A stretch of 63,956 nucleotides of DNA, the filler included, from Rhabdomonas costata (lineage: Eukaryota): the NCBI GenBank assembly GCA_019059605.1. It is 58 parts of 58 records of this genome, joined end to end, with 100 filler letters (N's around TTAATTAATTAA, not from the genome) between each part and the next. Parts side by side here need not be neighbours in the genome. Positions count along the whole stretch, not along the records: positions 36,456 to 37,459 come from JAHMHO010034155.1; positions 37,560 to 38,563 come from JAHMHO010034156.1; positions 38,664 to 39,667 come from JAHMHO010034157.1; positions 39,768 to 40,771 come from JAHMHO010034158.1; positions 40,872 to 41,875 come from JAHMHO010034159.1; positions 41,976 to 42,979 come from JAHMHO010034160.1; positions 43,080 to 44,083 come from JAHMHO010034161.1; positions 44,184 to 45,187 come from JAHMHO010034162.1; 50 more parts are not named here. One strand, given 5' to 3'. Positions 36,546-50,300 of this stretch are shown here, one piece after another (positions within the stretch are counted from its first letter, which is position 1; each line of letters opens with the position of its first letter). The translations under genes were made by a program, and so were the position numbers. The notes under the pieces are model-generated. The model saw nothing but the letters and a program-made list of their open reading frames with translations, did not search any database and was not told where the DNA came from.

Positions 36546-37386
36546 CAGCGCTGGCCATCATCCGGCCCTCCATGGAGAAGGTCACCTGGTTCACCGGAGC
36601 GGCGTGGTTATCGGCAGCGTTGGTCACGCAGAAGCACTTTCCCGTGCCGATGTCGTAGCTGTGTTCAAGCGGGCGCAATGCCCACGCACATGTGCACAGG
36701 AAAGCGAAAACGCTCTGAAGAAGGAAGCCGATCCGGAACCAGTGCACTCCTCTCCAAACCAGCAACTACCCTGCGGAATATACCGAGAGGTCATTGTGAA
36801 ATTATATGTCAACCCCGAATTCCACATAATGCTGAGGCGCATTGCAAAGGAAATAAATTTCTGAGGCGGAAATTCCGCCGTGGGCATTGGGCCTGTTCTG
36901 GTGGTTTGTCCGGAAATCCTGCCTTAATATCCCCCCGGCAGCGCTTTGGGAGCACTCTTTGTTGTAGTTCTTGTTTTCTTTTGCGCATTTTCTCCCAAAC
37001 GGAAACACTCACAATTCGCACCAGTTTGTTTTCCCACCCCAATGGGGCTTTATATAATCATGCCTTGCTCCCCACAGCAGACTCTCATTTCTTGATGTCC
37101 GCATTCAAGCGTGGTGGACTTTTTCCTTTCTTGGCAGAACTCCTCGACGCCAACAGCCACACGCAGCCACACAAACACACAGTCTAAGGACGGCGTCGTC
37201 CGTGGCGACAACCAGCATTCGTCCTCCTGGGTGGATCCCCAGCCCGCGCACAGCGTAGGTGTCGGGGTAGGTGTGCACCGCCTTTCGGGTGTCTGGGCTG
37301 CTATAACTGAAGACCCGCACGTGCCCGTCACGGCACCCCGTGAACAGAAGCGGCCGGGCAGGGTGAAACATCAGGTCGTTGACAGC
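36546..37386 (-). CDS. CSTF1: Cleavage stimulation factor 50 kDa subunit (WD40), two exons
   Basis: Exon 37386-37181 reads AVNDLMFHP..GCRDGHVRVFSYSSPDTRKAV..DTYAVRGLGIHPGG..VLRL. Exon 36658-36546 reads YDIGTGKCF...NHAAPVNQV. The order is colinear with CstF-50 (FHP..SRD..LFDYSKPS.KRA..FHPSG..LRLYDINT.QCF). Confidence 0.8.
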
Positions 37387-38194
37387 CTGGGACCATAGGG
37401 GTGGGCACACATTCCGCCTGCCTCCCATCCCTCCAGCAAACGACAAATAATCCCAAAAANNNNNNNNNNNNNNNNNNNNNNNNNNNNNNNNNNNNNNNNN
37501 NNNTTAATTAATTAANNNNNNNNNNNNNNNNNNNNNNNNNNNNNNNNNNNNNNNNNNNNGCTGAAGATGCGAAAGCTACACAGACATGGTACCCCCTCAT
37601 CCGCTGGTCCTGAAGATCGCAAGATATCTGGGGAACAGCAAATACATCATCAGAATAGAAATACCGGGAAATATCGCCACCCAATAATATGGTGGATCTC
37701 CGTCATGAGGAGAATCTCCACTCAAAGGATCACTTAAATGAATCGAACTACAAAGGAGCGAATTAGGTCCAATTTTCAACTCAGATTTGAATCCCCCACT
37801 TTTTCTTCTCTGCCTTTCTCTCTCATTCTCTGAGGGACTCTGATATGTGGTCTCCGTTCCTTTCCGCCGCCCACGTCTATTTTGTTCTGATTATTGCGTG
37901 CGGAAACAGAGACCGTTCTGCGCTCCTCTTCACCACCACGTGGCTGTTTGCTTGATGTTTCCTGTGTTAAAAAAAGGGCACACTTCAATAGTATTATTGT
38001 TCAGATCCAGCAAGTTTCAGCTCCCTACATGCAGGCGAAAGTAGCTGCAGGTGGGAGCTATGGAATCCACAACTAAAAACGGAGCGGGTCAAGGGAAGCG
38101 GGTTCCGCTCCCATTTCCAAGAGAATTGCATTTGGGATGGCGGGACGACACGGAGCCCAATTGGAGTGTCGCAGAATTCTCGTGGGGTTCAGGC

Positions 38195-38324
38195 CAGAAC
38201 TCAGCACCACAGCCGTGGGGTGAAGCCGCGCGAGCAGGCCGGGAACCCACCCCAGGGTCAGCTCCAGAGAAGTATCCGTGGAGCAGTCGTCATACAGCGA
38301 AACCTCCAGGGGCCCGGCATAGTC
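38195..38324 (-). CDS. Glycosyltransferase family 2 exon (B3GNTL1-like)
   Basis: After CAG: DYAGPLEVSLYDDCSTDTSLEL...W, the GT2 DD.STD motif. The 3' border is uncertain. Confidence 0.6.
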
Positions 38325-40249
38325 CTGAGCGGTGGCACGGGACAAGTTATGGCGCACAAAAGCTCATTCTAGAACCAGCCCGCTGCGACGGACGGACGGA
38401 CGGACGGAGGATGAATCACCGCGTTTACGTACTCGCGCCTGTGCCATGAGTTCCCATGCGAGTGTGGGTCAGACCCATGAGAAATATGACAAGGGAACAT
38501 CCACCCTCCAACCCTGCGCCGTGGTTCGTTCCCTTTCCACCCCTTCGCAGCACCCCCACCACANNNNNNNNNNNNNNNNNNNNNNNNNNNNNNNNNNNNN
38601 NNNNNNNTTAATTAATTAANNNNNNNNNNNNNNNNNNNNNNNNNNNNNNNNNNNNNNNNNNNNTGAGTTGGGAGTGTTTGGGGTGTTTTTTGCCTTGTTT
38701 GGTGTGGTTTTGGTAGTTTTGGGGTTGCGGGGCATGCCCGCCCGCTCTAAGACCGGCACCCACACACACCTCTTTGGTGGCACATCGCCTCCTGACCGGC
38801 TGCGAGGCCAAATACCTTAAACTTAAGGGACTAAATTGTCCCCACGCCTGTAGATATATACGTATGCACAAATCAGCTGTTGGCGCACTTGGGGCCTGCC
38901 GGATGTGGCAACCAACGTGAGCTCCTCTTTTTACCGGCCTGCAGCGCGCTGAAGTCCCCGAAAAGGTTTCGAGAGCAGCTGCAAAGAATTCCCTTCCACT
39001 CCGATGCCAGCATCAATGGGCTCTTTCGCAGCCCCGCCCGAAAGCTAGGCTCAGCTGGAAGGCCTTCAAAGGCTTGAAAATGAGGCTAAGGCCAAGTCCC
39101 AAAATGGATTCTTCAACATTCCAGAACTGGGTTTCGAGATGCAGCCAGAGGCTTGGAATCTGCCAGTAAACTCAACTCAGGAGTACAGCATCCCACCCGC
39201 TCACACGCGCACTACTCCCTCCGTCCCTCCCTCACTTATCTTTGCCGCCCATTGGGCGGCTCAATCACTAACAGATGGGCCTCTTAGCATATTGCCTCTC
39301 AGTCTCCATCGCTCTCTTGCTTACTCACGCGCTTATTTCTTGGTAACCCACTGCAGGACAAAGCCAATGTCAGCCGCACTCCCGCGAACCCGCTGCAGGA
39401 CAAGGGTGAGCGGGGCAACGAGAGCAGCAGCACTGAGACGAAGACGAAGACGAAGACGCTTCGGGAGTGCATCTGTGACGAGCTCGGGGTGGTCCAGACA
39501 TACTCGGAATTCCGCTCCACCCAGCGCGCCTACATTCGCACCATGGGCAAGCCGCTGGCGGCGCCGCAGTTGTTTAAGCACCTACAGCCTCCGCCAATGC
39601 CACCAAGAAGCAACAAGAATCCCTTGCAACCGCAGCTGGCCTCATCCCAATGAATTCACACCCCACANNNNNNNNNNNNNNNNNNNNNNNNNNNNNNNNN
39701 NNNNNNNNNNNTTAATTAATTAANNNNNNNNNNNNNNNNNNNNNNNNNNNNNNNNNNNNNNNNNNNNAGGAGAGGGAGAAAGCACGCACAAAGCGGGGAG
39801 AAGGAATGCCCCGAAGATCTAGCACGAATGCTTGTTCTGAACCACCACGAATACTTTTGCGGTATGCGCTCCACCCGAAAAAGTAAGGTTTGAAGACCGG
39901 CATGTACACGTGCAAACTTGCTTGCTAATCTTGTAGTGTCCTACCCGCTCTACCATCACCCTGAAATCAGTGTTAATAGGGAAGGCGCTTCTGGGCCACA
40001 AAAGTGTGCATGAAGAGGAAAGTATTCTGCTGAGATGGAAAACACAACCTTTTGCAACAGCACTCCAAAGAACGACGATGATCCCGTTTCCATTCATGAA
40101 CAAGCATGCAGCCAAATAGCCAAACAGTTCAAGCCCGTAGCGCAAACATTCGAAGAGAAAGCGTTGTAAGATGGTGCATGTTTTGAACACATGTGCACTT
40201 TTGAGGAAAACAACGAAAATTGCCTCACGCCCCCGCCACCACCACACAC

Positions 40250-40550
40250 CGTCCGCACTGAGGGTCCCAGCCCTTCGGTTCAGGTCAATGTCAGCCTTCT
40301 TGCACACCACAAACCCGAACCTCCTCCCCACACCTGAAAAAACAGCCCATTGTTGAAGGCGCTGCCCATCTGGTTGAAAGCACTGACGACAGTCGTTGGG
40401 TGAAAATCGTACGGGCCTGACCCGAAAGCCACCCAGGGGGGACGTACCCTTGATTCCGCGGAGGGCATAGGCGACCTTCCTCTTGCCGTCAATGTTGGTG
40501 TTGAGAACTCGCAGAATGTGCTGAAACTCCTCCTGCTGCAGCGAGAGTGC
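40250..40550 (-). CDS. RPS18: 40S ribosomal protein S18 (uS13), two exons
   Basis: Exon 40550-40448 reads [35 protein letters not shown]. Exon 40333-40250 reads [27 protein letters not shown]. The intron between them (40447-40334) is GT-AG. Confidence 0.95.
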
Positions 40551-41237
40551 CTGCAAAGGAACAGCACCAAAATGAACCTTTTTGAAGAGTTTCAACCAAA
40601 AGCCTTCCCTTCAGGAGTCCAAACGGCCACTGGACGCAGTCGAAGACAAAAGCAGCAGCCCATGTCTGACAACGCCCGTCATTCCCATCACTGGTTTTTT
40701 ATTCCTTCCGCTTTTCCAGACTTGTCCAACAGGCCAGCCATGACGCTCGTCATCAAAATCACTCGCAACAANNNNNNNNNNNNNNNNNNNNNNNNNNNNN
40801 NNNNNNNNNNNNNNNTTAATTAATTAANNNNNNNNNNNNNNNNNNNNNNNNNNNNNNNNNNNNNNNNNNNNGGGGTGGTGGTAAGACAATTGCCACCAAC
40901 TGCCATCATATTCTTCTTTCTCTTCCTCCCGTTTTTTCATAGAGGTTGCTCTTTCGTTTCACACGAAACGTTCGCGTTTTCGGCTTCATCCTTGGGATTA
41001 ACTTTGGCTTACGCATCCGGAGTTTTCCAATTTGTTTTCCGATTTATTTTCGAGCCTGTGTGAGCACAGCAGAGCCTCACGTGTACAAAGTGAGCGAGAG
41101 CACGACCAGCATGATCACGAAGGAAACAACTATGCAGGGGAGTACCGTGCACACTCATTGTAAAACAAGTTGTGATAAACGCACTCCAGCCAGAAGACAA
41201 TGCGCGTCCGGTGACTGACAGCTGCTGGGTTACAGAC

Positions 41238-41411
41238 CTGGGCCTCCAGGCTGCCCAAGAAGCGGCAGCAGTGCCCACAGGCCAGCACTTCAGGGACATT
41301 CTCGAGGTGCTGCAGGCTCACCAACGGGTGCTCAGTGAACACCTCCTCCCCCGGCAGGAACGCCCGCCGCGCCACAACCCCACGCCCTTTGGTGGGGCCA
41401 ATAAACACCAC
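41238..41411 (-). CDS. SET/MYND (SMYD5/ATXR2-like) lysine methyltransferase exon
   Basis: KGRGVVARRAFLPGEEVFTEHPLV..QH..N...LACGHCCRFLGSLEAQ has the SET N-terminal KGRG motif and a MYND CxxC. Confidence 0.75.
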
Positions 41412-42184
41412 CTTTTGAGGGTATCACAGGGAGGGTAGGGGGGCAAGAGTCGCGAAATGCGCGCAAGAACAAAGGCTGCACCAAACGTGGCAAAACGTGA
41501 CCCTTCGGAAATAGAATACCGTCCACTGCCGCAGAAGCATGGGCTCTTTCAGAAAAAGGTACGGGCATTTCCACCCCGTGGATTGCTCTCAATAAAAGAG
41601 AGTGTGAAGGCCTTCTAAAATCTGTGGCAGCTCTGCCAGATCACGCGCCGATTCGAAGCCCTGATGTCAGTGCGTGCGACAGCTTGCGATTTATGATTGA
41701 GTGAGAATGGAGGAGAAGAGCCCAGCGGGAGCGACACAGCGTGAAGCTCCCCCCACCTCAGGTTGATGTCTATTTCTCAAACGATAAAAGAGACCATAAT
41801 GAAACCTCAACGGGAAGAGAAGCGGTGCGCTGGCCGTAAAAACGGGACTGCTGCTCATCCATTTCACCCCAAAAANNNNNNNNNNNNNNNNNNNNNNNNN
41901 NNNNNNNNNNNNNNNNNNNTTAATTAATTAANNNNNNNNNNNNNNNNNNNNNNNNNNNNNNNNNNNNNNNNNNNNCATCTTACCCCTTTACCGTTATCGG
42001 AGGGAAGGGGTAAGATCCCCCACACTCAAGCAAACATCCTGGCTTTTCCGGAACACACTCACACAGAAACATCGCTAACATAACATAAAATGATACTCCC
42101 GAGTATTGTACTGCTTCTTTTTTCGCATGCCTTTGCGCAAGGAATGATTCATCTTGAAGAGGATTTAGGCGACCCCTCTGATCA

Positions 42185-42977
<793 letters not shown>

Positions 42978-45900
42978 CANNNNNNNNNNNNNNNNNNNNN
43001 NNNNNNNNNNNNNNNNNNNNNNNTTAATTAATTAANNNNNNNNNNNNNNNNNNNNNNNNNNNNNNNNNNNNNNNNNNNNGGGGGTGCATGAGACCGCGTG
43101 TGTGTACGTGTGTGTTAAAAAAAGAACGGCACAAATGAAAAAACAAATTACAAATTAAAAGGTGGATTGGACCCGAGTGGTCCAGTACAAAGAAAAAAAG
43201 GCGAAGGGCAAGTGTGGGAGTACGTATGAGATGAGAGCGCAAGGACGTTTCGATGGGAGGCAGCAATTGAAAGGAGACGCTTAACGGCGAAGTTGTGCAA
43301 CCGCAAACAAGCTGACAATGCGAAAACAAGCCCTGAGCAAAAAAAGAGTGCAGGAAAAGCACGTTGCCTGTTCGTTTCCGAGCACCGCCAAGACTTCATG
43401 AGCAGCAAACGGAAGCTCAATGAATGATTTAGTGAGATGAAAGCGAAATGGTTACAACCCGCACATCCTCTGCGGGCAACAGTGGGTTTCTGCATCCTCA
43501 CAACCCAACGGTATCGGTCGCCAAGCACAGCTGAGAATCCCAGGAAGCAGTGCAAATCCCCGCCGGCGGAACTGCACTTCCGCAATCCGATCGGAGCCCA
43601 CAGTTCTTTCTCTAACCGGGAGTGGAAATAGAAATGCTCAGTATGAACGCAGAGGCACCCAAAAAAAATACCGACAATGACCAGTGCAAAAGACCAGTGA
43701 AGCAGCTATAATCCAAATCCTTCCATGCCATTCCGGTGCCAGCATGAAGTACTCTTAAACACAAGTTCCGGATCATGTATGTATGCCTGCAAAGTTCCAA
43801 GAAATGTCCTTCCCCATCCCTTGGAAATGTGCATAGGCAAAGAAACAGGCAAAGACACAGGCAAGGGCAAAGGCAAAGGCAAAGGCACTTAAAAGGCTCA
43901 TAAAATGGAACTTGAGGGGTCCTATCTCGACACAGACATCGAACCGCTGCCGACCAACTCTAAGGACTGACGAATCCCACCGTATAACACCCAACCAGCT
44001 ACCCGAGTTCTGAAGTCAATGTCAGGTCTCCAGAGAGGGACGTTTCCGAGCATTGCAACTGAAATTGGTGGTACCAAACCACCNNNNNNNNNNNNNNNNN
44101 NNNNNNNNNNNNNNNNNNNNNNNNNNNTTAATTAATTAANNNNNNNNNNNNNNNNNNNNNNNNNNNNNNNNNNNNNNNNNNNNTTTTTTTTGTCTTAGAA
44201 GTGGAGGGATATGTTGCCTGTGCCAAAAGGGGGAAGAGGGAGGCTGAAGGTATGTATCCCTTTTTGTGTGTGTTTGAGAAGAACAGGCTGGACGGGGCGC
44301 AGGGGGAGGGCTTCCTCTGGTGCACACACTGGGCCCAGCTGGGTGTGACTGGGGAGCCCTTTCTGTGGTCCGTGCCTGCCGAGGTTTGTTTGATCCTCTC
44401 GGTTTTTGGTGGTTGCAAAACATCATACCACCAAACATCGGTGTGGTTTCCCAAAAGCTTTTGTTACTGGAAGTTCACTGGAAGTCATAAGTTTAAAAAT
44501 AGATTTGCTGATAAGGCGAAAGCATGTAGTCTTCTTATCAAGTCGACGAAAGTTCTCCCCGTGACTGCCATGAGTGGCAGCGATCAACACGCCGTGGGCG
44601 ACCGCATGCGTTTGCTCGGCCTGTCTGATCCGCGAATCGTGCGGGGGGAGGGGGGGAGTGTGTTGTGGAGAAGGCTGCGAGAATGCTACTGGGAGGCTTT
44701 CCGGACATTCACAGAGTGTTGTGAAACGGGCAGCTTCGCTCTTTGTGCGGCGGGAGTTTTGTGGATGCCCGCCCGATCGGAGCGCAAGAAGGCGAAGCTT
44801 GACCTGAGCGAATACCCCTCCTTTCGCTCCACGACAAAGGTTCGCCGTTGATATTCTCACTGCAAGACGTCTCTTCGAAATTGGGCCCTTCTCCTTCTTT
44901 AAAGCAGCTCCCTCATTGATGGCAATCGGAAACGCGGCAGGAAGGGGTACCTATTTACTAACGCCACACTCCAAACACGTGTCAAGAGTATCGCTTCAGC
45001 AGATCGAATCCTGAATCAGCACCGAATCTTGTGACTGGCTAGACGCGCTCTCAATAGGGGTTCATCGTCGTCTCGTGGATGAGCTCCTGCGGTGTTTCCT
45101 GCAGGAGACGCTATGCCCGGAGGCAATCCTTCACGACGCCCTTCTCGTGGGCTCCCCGGATGCTCTTGAACAGAGCACGTCGCCGTTNNNNNNNNNNNNN
45201 NNNNNNNNNNNNNNNNNNNNNNNNNNNNNNNTTAATTAATTAANNNNNNNNNNNNNNNNNNNNNNNNNNNNNNNNNNNNNNNNNNNNGTGTTGGGTGTGT
45301 GTGGCGGGTATCTGGCTAAGGCTAACAGTGAAGATTCTATGCGGTATCATCACGTGCGGTGTGATCTCCCGCGCTCGCTGCTTACGCTCGTACCCAGGTG
45401 GAACCAGCTGTTTGGTCTGCTTAGGGGAGTGTGGTGTGGGTGGTAAGGCCTGCGATGCTTCGTGCATCTCTAGATGTCAGTTTCTGTGCTGGGCTTCGGT
45501 GAAATTTGCGCGTCATCGTTGCTCTTTCACTGCAGCGACGAGTCCGGACTCTGGCCGAAGAGGCAGCTTTGGCCAAGGTCAGCCGCAGACTTGCCCATTT
45601 CCCACTTCTCCTGTTGTGTGTTTCTTGTCTGCCAACTCTTTAAGAACGTCGGTTTTTACTGCTCGAACGGAACCAAGCAGGCGAGCCCTTTGCTACTTGA
45701 GATCTGGTCGAGATCTGGTCTCTGTCGTGGCCAAAGCACTGCACTCCTGTTTCCTCCGAAATCCTGAGACAGCGAGTGAGAGCTCCTTCCGCTGATCGGA
45801 AGTGCAAGTGCAGAATGTATTCTGATCTTTTAGCAGCAATTCTTCTTCTTACATGACTGGTGGAGTTCTTAAATGATGTTTGTGTTCCCATGCTCACAGG

Positions 45901-46391
45901 GCAGCAGCCCACGGCGATGCTCAGCGCCAGAAAGAAAAACTCGTTGTCCCCTGCGCTGGGTGTGCGCGAAGGCTTTGGAGTGGTGTTGTCTATCAAAATT
46001 AATACGGACGGACCTTTTTGATGCTCTATTTTCGCTTCGCATCGCCGCCCCCACTGGCATCCCCTTCGTTGATCGCTGATTTTTAACGCTCTGGCTCTGG
46101 ACACAGTTACAAAAGCTACCAGGTTTTTTTAAAATTTGTGGGCTTCGCTTCGGGTCGTCGCATCTCCGGCCGTTAATCACTGCGAGCTTGGCCAGAGCCA
46201 ATGACAACCGGTAATACAAACGAGTAAGATGGGGAACCCGCCGAGACGGTCTCTATTTCCGCTCGAAATTGAAATTTTACAAAAACAAAACNNNNNNNNN
46301 NNNNNNNNNNNNNNNNNNNNNNNNNNNNNNNNNNNTTAATTAATTAANNNNNNNNNNNNNNNNNNNNNNNNNNNNNNNNNNNNNNNNNNNN

Positions 46392-47390
46392 GTGTTTTTT
46401 GTATAACGAGAGGGACATCTTGGGCTCGCAGCTGATCAAACGGAACGACGAGCTGGCCCACCTTTACGAGAAGATTCGCATCCAGCAGTCCTCTTTGAAC
46501 AAGGGTGCGGACCTTTCTCTCACTCGTACACACCTGACGCATACACGTTATACAATTAAACTTTGCACACCTCCTTAATGGAAAATTACATGAGAGGGCG
46601 GTAGCAATCGTGATACTTGGGGGCGAGGGGAGGTATCACGAATCCTTTTTGGGTTCCCCTTGTGTGTCTTTCTTTGCGACATGTGTGAAACTGATGGTTT
46701 GTGTCTTAAAAGTTAATTGGGAAGCTCCCACCCCACATACACCCAATATACAGTGTGGAATGCCTTCGTTCCCCGAATATGAGAGAAACACCACCGGGGG
46801 GGAGGGCAGTACAAAGCAAGTTCACGCTGCTGCTGCAGGGAAGAGGGGTCATGGTGGAGAGGAGGGGAGCTTCATGAACCTTTCTCGCGCATGTGTACGG
46901 ACACCCACACCCACACATGCGCGTCTACACGCTCGTTCAATGCAGAGGCAGACAATAGCTCCTCCCGCCTCCAAAGCCCGTGCTGAGGCATCACATTCAA
47001 CTATGGCAATAATGACTGGAAAAGGCCATTCGCGAAACGCTGTTGATTGCAGCTGGGACGTCGCAGTTGACTTAAAAGGGTTCTTGTATGAACACCCTCG
47101 CTTACACAGTCGTCTAAGGCCCAAACGAGCCTCGGGTCAAACAGAATCTTTCTGTGAAAGTCTCAGTTGTGGAGAATCCTGACAGAAAAAGCAATGGCGC
47201 ACAGTAACAACGCAAAAAAAAAAAAGAATTGCCAGAATATCTACGTACGTCGATCCGGCTAGGTACTGTCAACCAAAGACCACAACAGTGCAACCACATT
47301 GATACAGGGGAGGTGCAGTACCGTGACCGCCTGGTGGACATGTGCTGCCTGGCCAACAAGATCCGCCAGCTTAGCGCTGAGCTCACCACG
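46392..47390 (+). CDS. CFAP58: Cilia- and flagella-associated protein 58, two exons
   Basis: Exon to 46504 reads NERDILGSQLIKRNDELAHLYEKIRIQQSSLNKG. Exon 47308-47390 reads EVQYRDRLVDM... This matches the conserved CFAP58 ERDILGSQL..RNDELALLYEKIKIQQS.L.KGE.QY stretch. Confidence 0.85.
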
Positions 47391-50300
47391 GTGAGNNNNN
47401 NNNNNNNNNNNNNNNNNNNNNNNNNNNNNNNNNNNNNNNTTAATTAATTAANNNNNNNNNNNNNNNNNNNNNNNNNNNNNNNNNNNNNNNNNNNNGGTTG
47501 GGGGTGATCCATAGCTTTGTGGGATGAGAGCGTGTTGGGCTCGCCCAAGGTTTCCCCCTCCGAGCTGGGCCCAATGCTTCGGATGGGGGCGACTCCGGAG
47601 CAAAGGATGCTCGCGATGAAGGTGCTGCGGAAGGCTATCTGGTGCGCGCGCGCGTTTGTGTGGATAAGTGGGGTTCTGTGTTGGGTGCTCCCCCCGGGCC
47701 ACCCTCGTTCGTGATCTCCAGTGGAAGTAAAACCGAATCGTTATGGGTTGTTGTTGTTGTTTTCTTGTGTATTTCTGAACGCTGTTAGAGAAAAGAAGAA
47801 ATGGCTGGTATCGTTTTGGGTGCCGAGGGTGCCGGGTGGCGTGCGGGTCCACCCTGTCCCATTCCCCTTCACCTTTAGTCGCTTTCTTCTTGTTTTACCC
47901 TCCCTCCTCTGTTTCGCTGCCACACTGTTTCCATTTCATGCGCCGTTTTTCCCCCATTTCCTTGCGCTCCTTTTGCGAAACGCTCTCTCATCTTGTGATG
48001 TATTGCCCTTTTGGGCATCCATTCTGAGTCGACTGTGGTAAAATGTTGTGTGCCTGAGGTCTGTGCGCCTGCCCTGGACATTCGTACCTCTCTCCCCCCC
48101 TTCCCAAAGGTTCAGTGAGTACAGCACTGTGGTGGCGCAGCACTACTCCGCATTGTGTCGGTGCGTGTTGACGTCGGCAAATTCGTGGGAGGTAGAACTT
48201 GCGGCGAAGCTCCTGGCGGACTTTGGGTGCCTGCACGCCGCCATGCGCCCCCCTTCATGTTTCCTTCCTTTTTATTTTAGGGAGAGACTTTTCTGCCTCG
48301 ATCAGGTTGGGGAAATGTAACTGTCTATTTGCTGTAGCGCATCTCCCTCCTCACTCTCTGGTAGCCTCGGATTGTGTCGGTTGCAAGAATTTCCGCGGGG
48401 CACAGCGAGCTCACCTCCGCGGGGACGCCGTGAAAAGAGTGGTTTCACGTCAACTTCTTCACCCCAATGCTGATCCATGGCACAGATGAGGGCAAAAACN
48501 NNNNNNNNNNNNNNNNNNNNNNNNNNNNNNNNNNNNNNNNNNNTTAATTAATTAANNNNNNNNNNNNNNNNNNNNNNNNNNNNNNNNNNNNNNNNNNNNG
48601 GTGGGTGGTCTGCCTGTGGCTGACGACGGGGTATGGGAGTGATTCATTTTTACCCCTTCCTCCGATCCCTTCCAAATCCCTTCTCTGGTTGCCATCCCTG
48701 GAGTTGCCGGAGGATCTTTCGAGAGAGAGTTCCGGTGTACATATTGTCCCCCGTGTTTGCGTGCGTGTACTGCTTTGCTGCCGGTCTGCGGCGGGTCGCT
48801 GAGATTTCGATCGTCACAACTTGCAAAAGCGCGTTGGGCCGAGTATGGGTATGGTTGCTGGCGTGGGCGCCTGAGGATGCACAGTGCGAGCTCGGTGTGC
48901 TCTTCATCAAAGAAGAAGGATATAGCGCAGAGGAGCGTTGTGGTGCTTTCGCAGGTTTTGGTGGCCTACATCATAAGCCGCGATCATTCCTTCTCCCTTC
49001 TTCCCCAATTCCATTGGTGGCCTCTGCCCGGCTCTCTCGTTCTCAGACCGTTTTGGCTTGTATTGGCCTAACTGCCCTCGCTTTTGTACCCCCTGCTGAT
49101 GGGAAGTTCATCCCTGATGTACATTTGCAGATTAGCCAGAGCTGGAAAACTGATTGCCTAGAGGTACTTCATGCGGAAAGGCGGTTCCATCAACTCTCCT
49201 TTCCCTTTACTGCCCCCCTTCCCCCGCAGCCTTCTTCTACGCCCTCCCGTCACCTTTTGTTAAATACTCTGTGTCGCCGTCAATAACGTTGCTGCATTCT
49301 TTGCAGATGTTTCGCTCATGAGCAAGTCTTCTTGCTAGAGGTGGGGAGTCTTTTGAAGGAAGCAGCTGGGGCTGGCCCGAAAAAAAAAAGTCGAAATTTT
49401 TTCATGTTTTGTCCAGCCATGGCAAAGGGTTGAACGCTAGATCTGATCACGTGATCTTGATCTGATTTCGTGCGGGGCCGAACAGCCACAATGGAGGAAG
49501 TTGAGCGCCACCCTCAAATGTCGTACTTCAGAAGAGCTAACCCCGTTACAAACTGCTGGTGGTCTTGGAATCCCCATTCTTCATTTGCAAGTTCCCCAAC
49601 CCCNNNNNNNNNNNNNNNNNNNNNNNNNNNNNNNNNNNNNNNNNNNNTTAATTAATTAANNNNNNNNNNNNNNNNNNNNNNNNNNNNNNNNNNNNNNNNN
49701 NNNTTTAGGGCCCAGTTAGCCAACAATGGGCTCTCATTCCTCACCTAGCCACAATAACCAATGGACAGGAGACCTTCATTTGCAGATCAACGAACTCCTG
49801 CTCTGCAAATGTGAGCTGCTGATGCGTGGATAAAGCGTAGCAGTGATTGTAGGTCATGGTGCAATGCAGAATTTCATGCTAAAGCAGGTTCTATAAACAC
49901 TTCTCACCCCGCCCCCTCTCTCCTCACGGCCTCACCAAAACAAATCATCAGTTGCGATCGGTAAGACTCATGATACGTCACAGTGAGCTGAGTAGAGTCA
50001 TCATTTGGGAACGTCCAAAGTTCGGGCCAAAAAAAGAGCGAACGCCATATGCACGCCTCTTCGCATCTAGGTGCGCGCTGTATGGTGTGGTATGCTAAAC
50101 GCTGAAGGCCCGCATGAATCCGAAAGGAATCGCGCTCCTTTTGTTAACAGGAGCACCTCCAAAGTATGTGATAGGAGGTCAACCTGAGCAACTTCGCCGT
50201 ATGGGGTCCACGAGGCATGCTCCGGACCCGTTGCAGGTTACGGCATCTCTTTTTAGCTACTGCCTGAGAGTATGGAACGTGAGTCGTCTCCTTCGAGTTC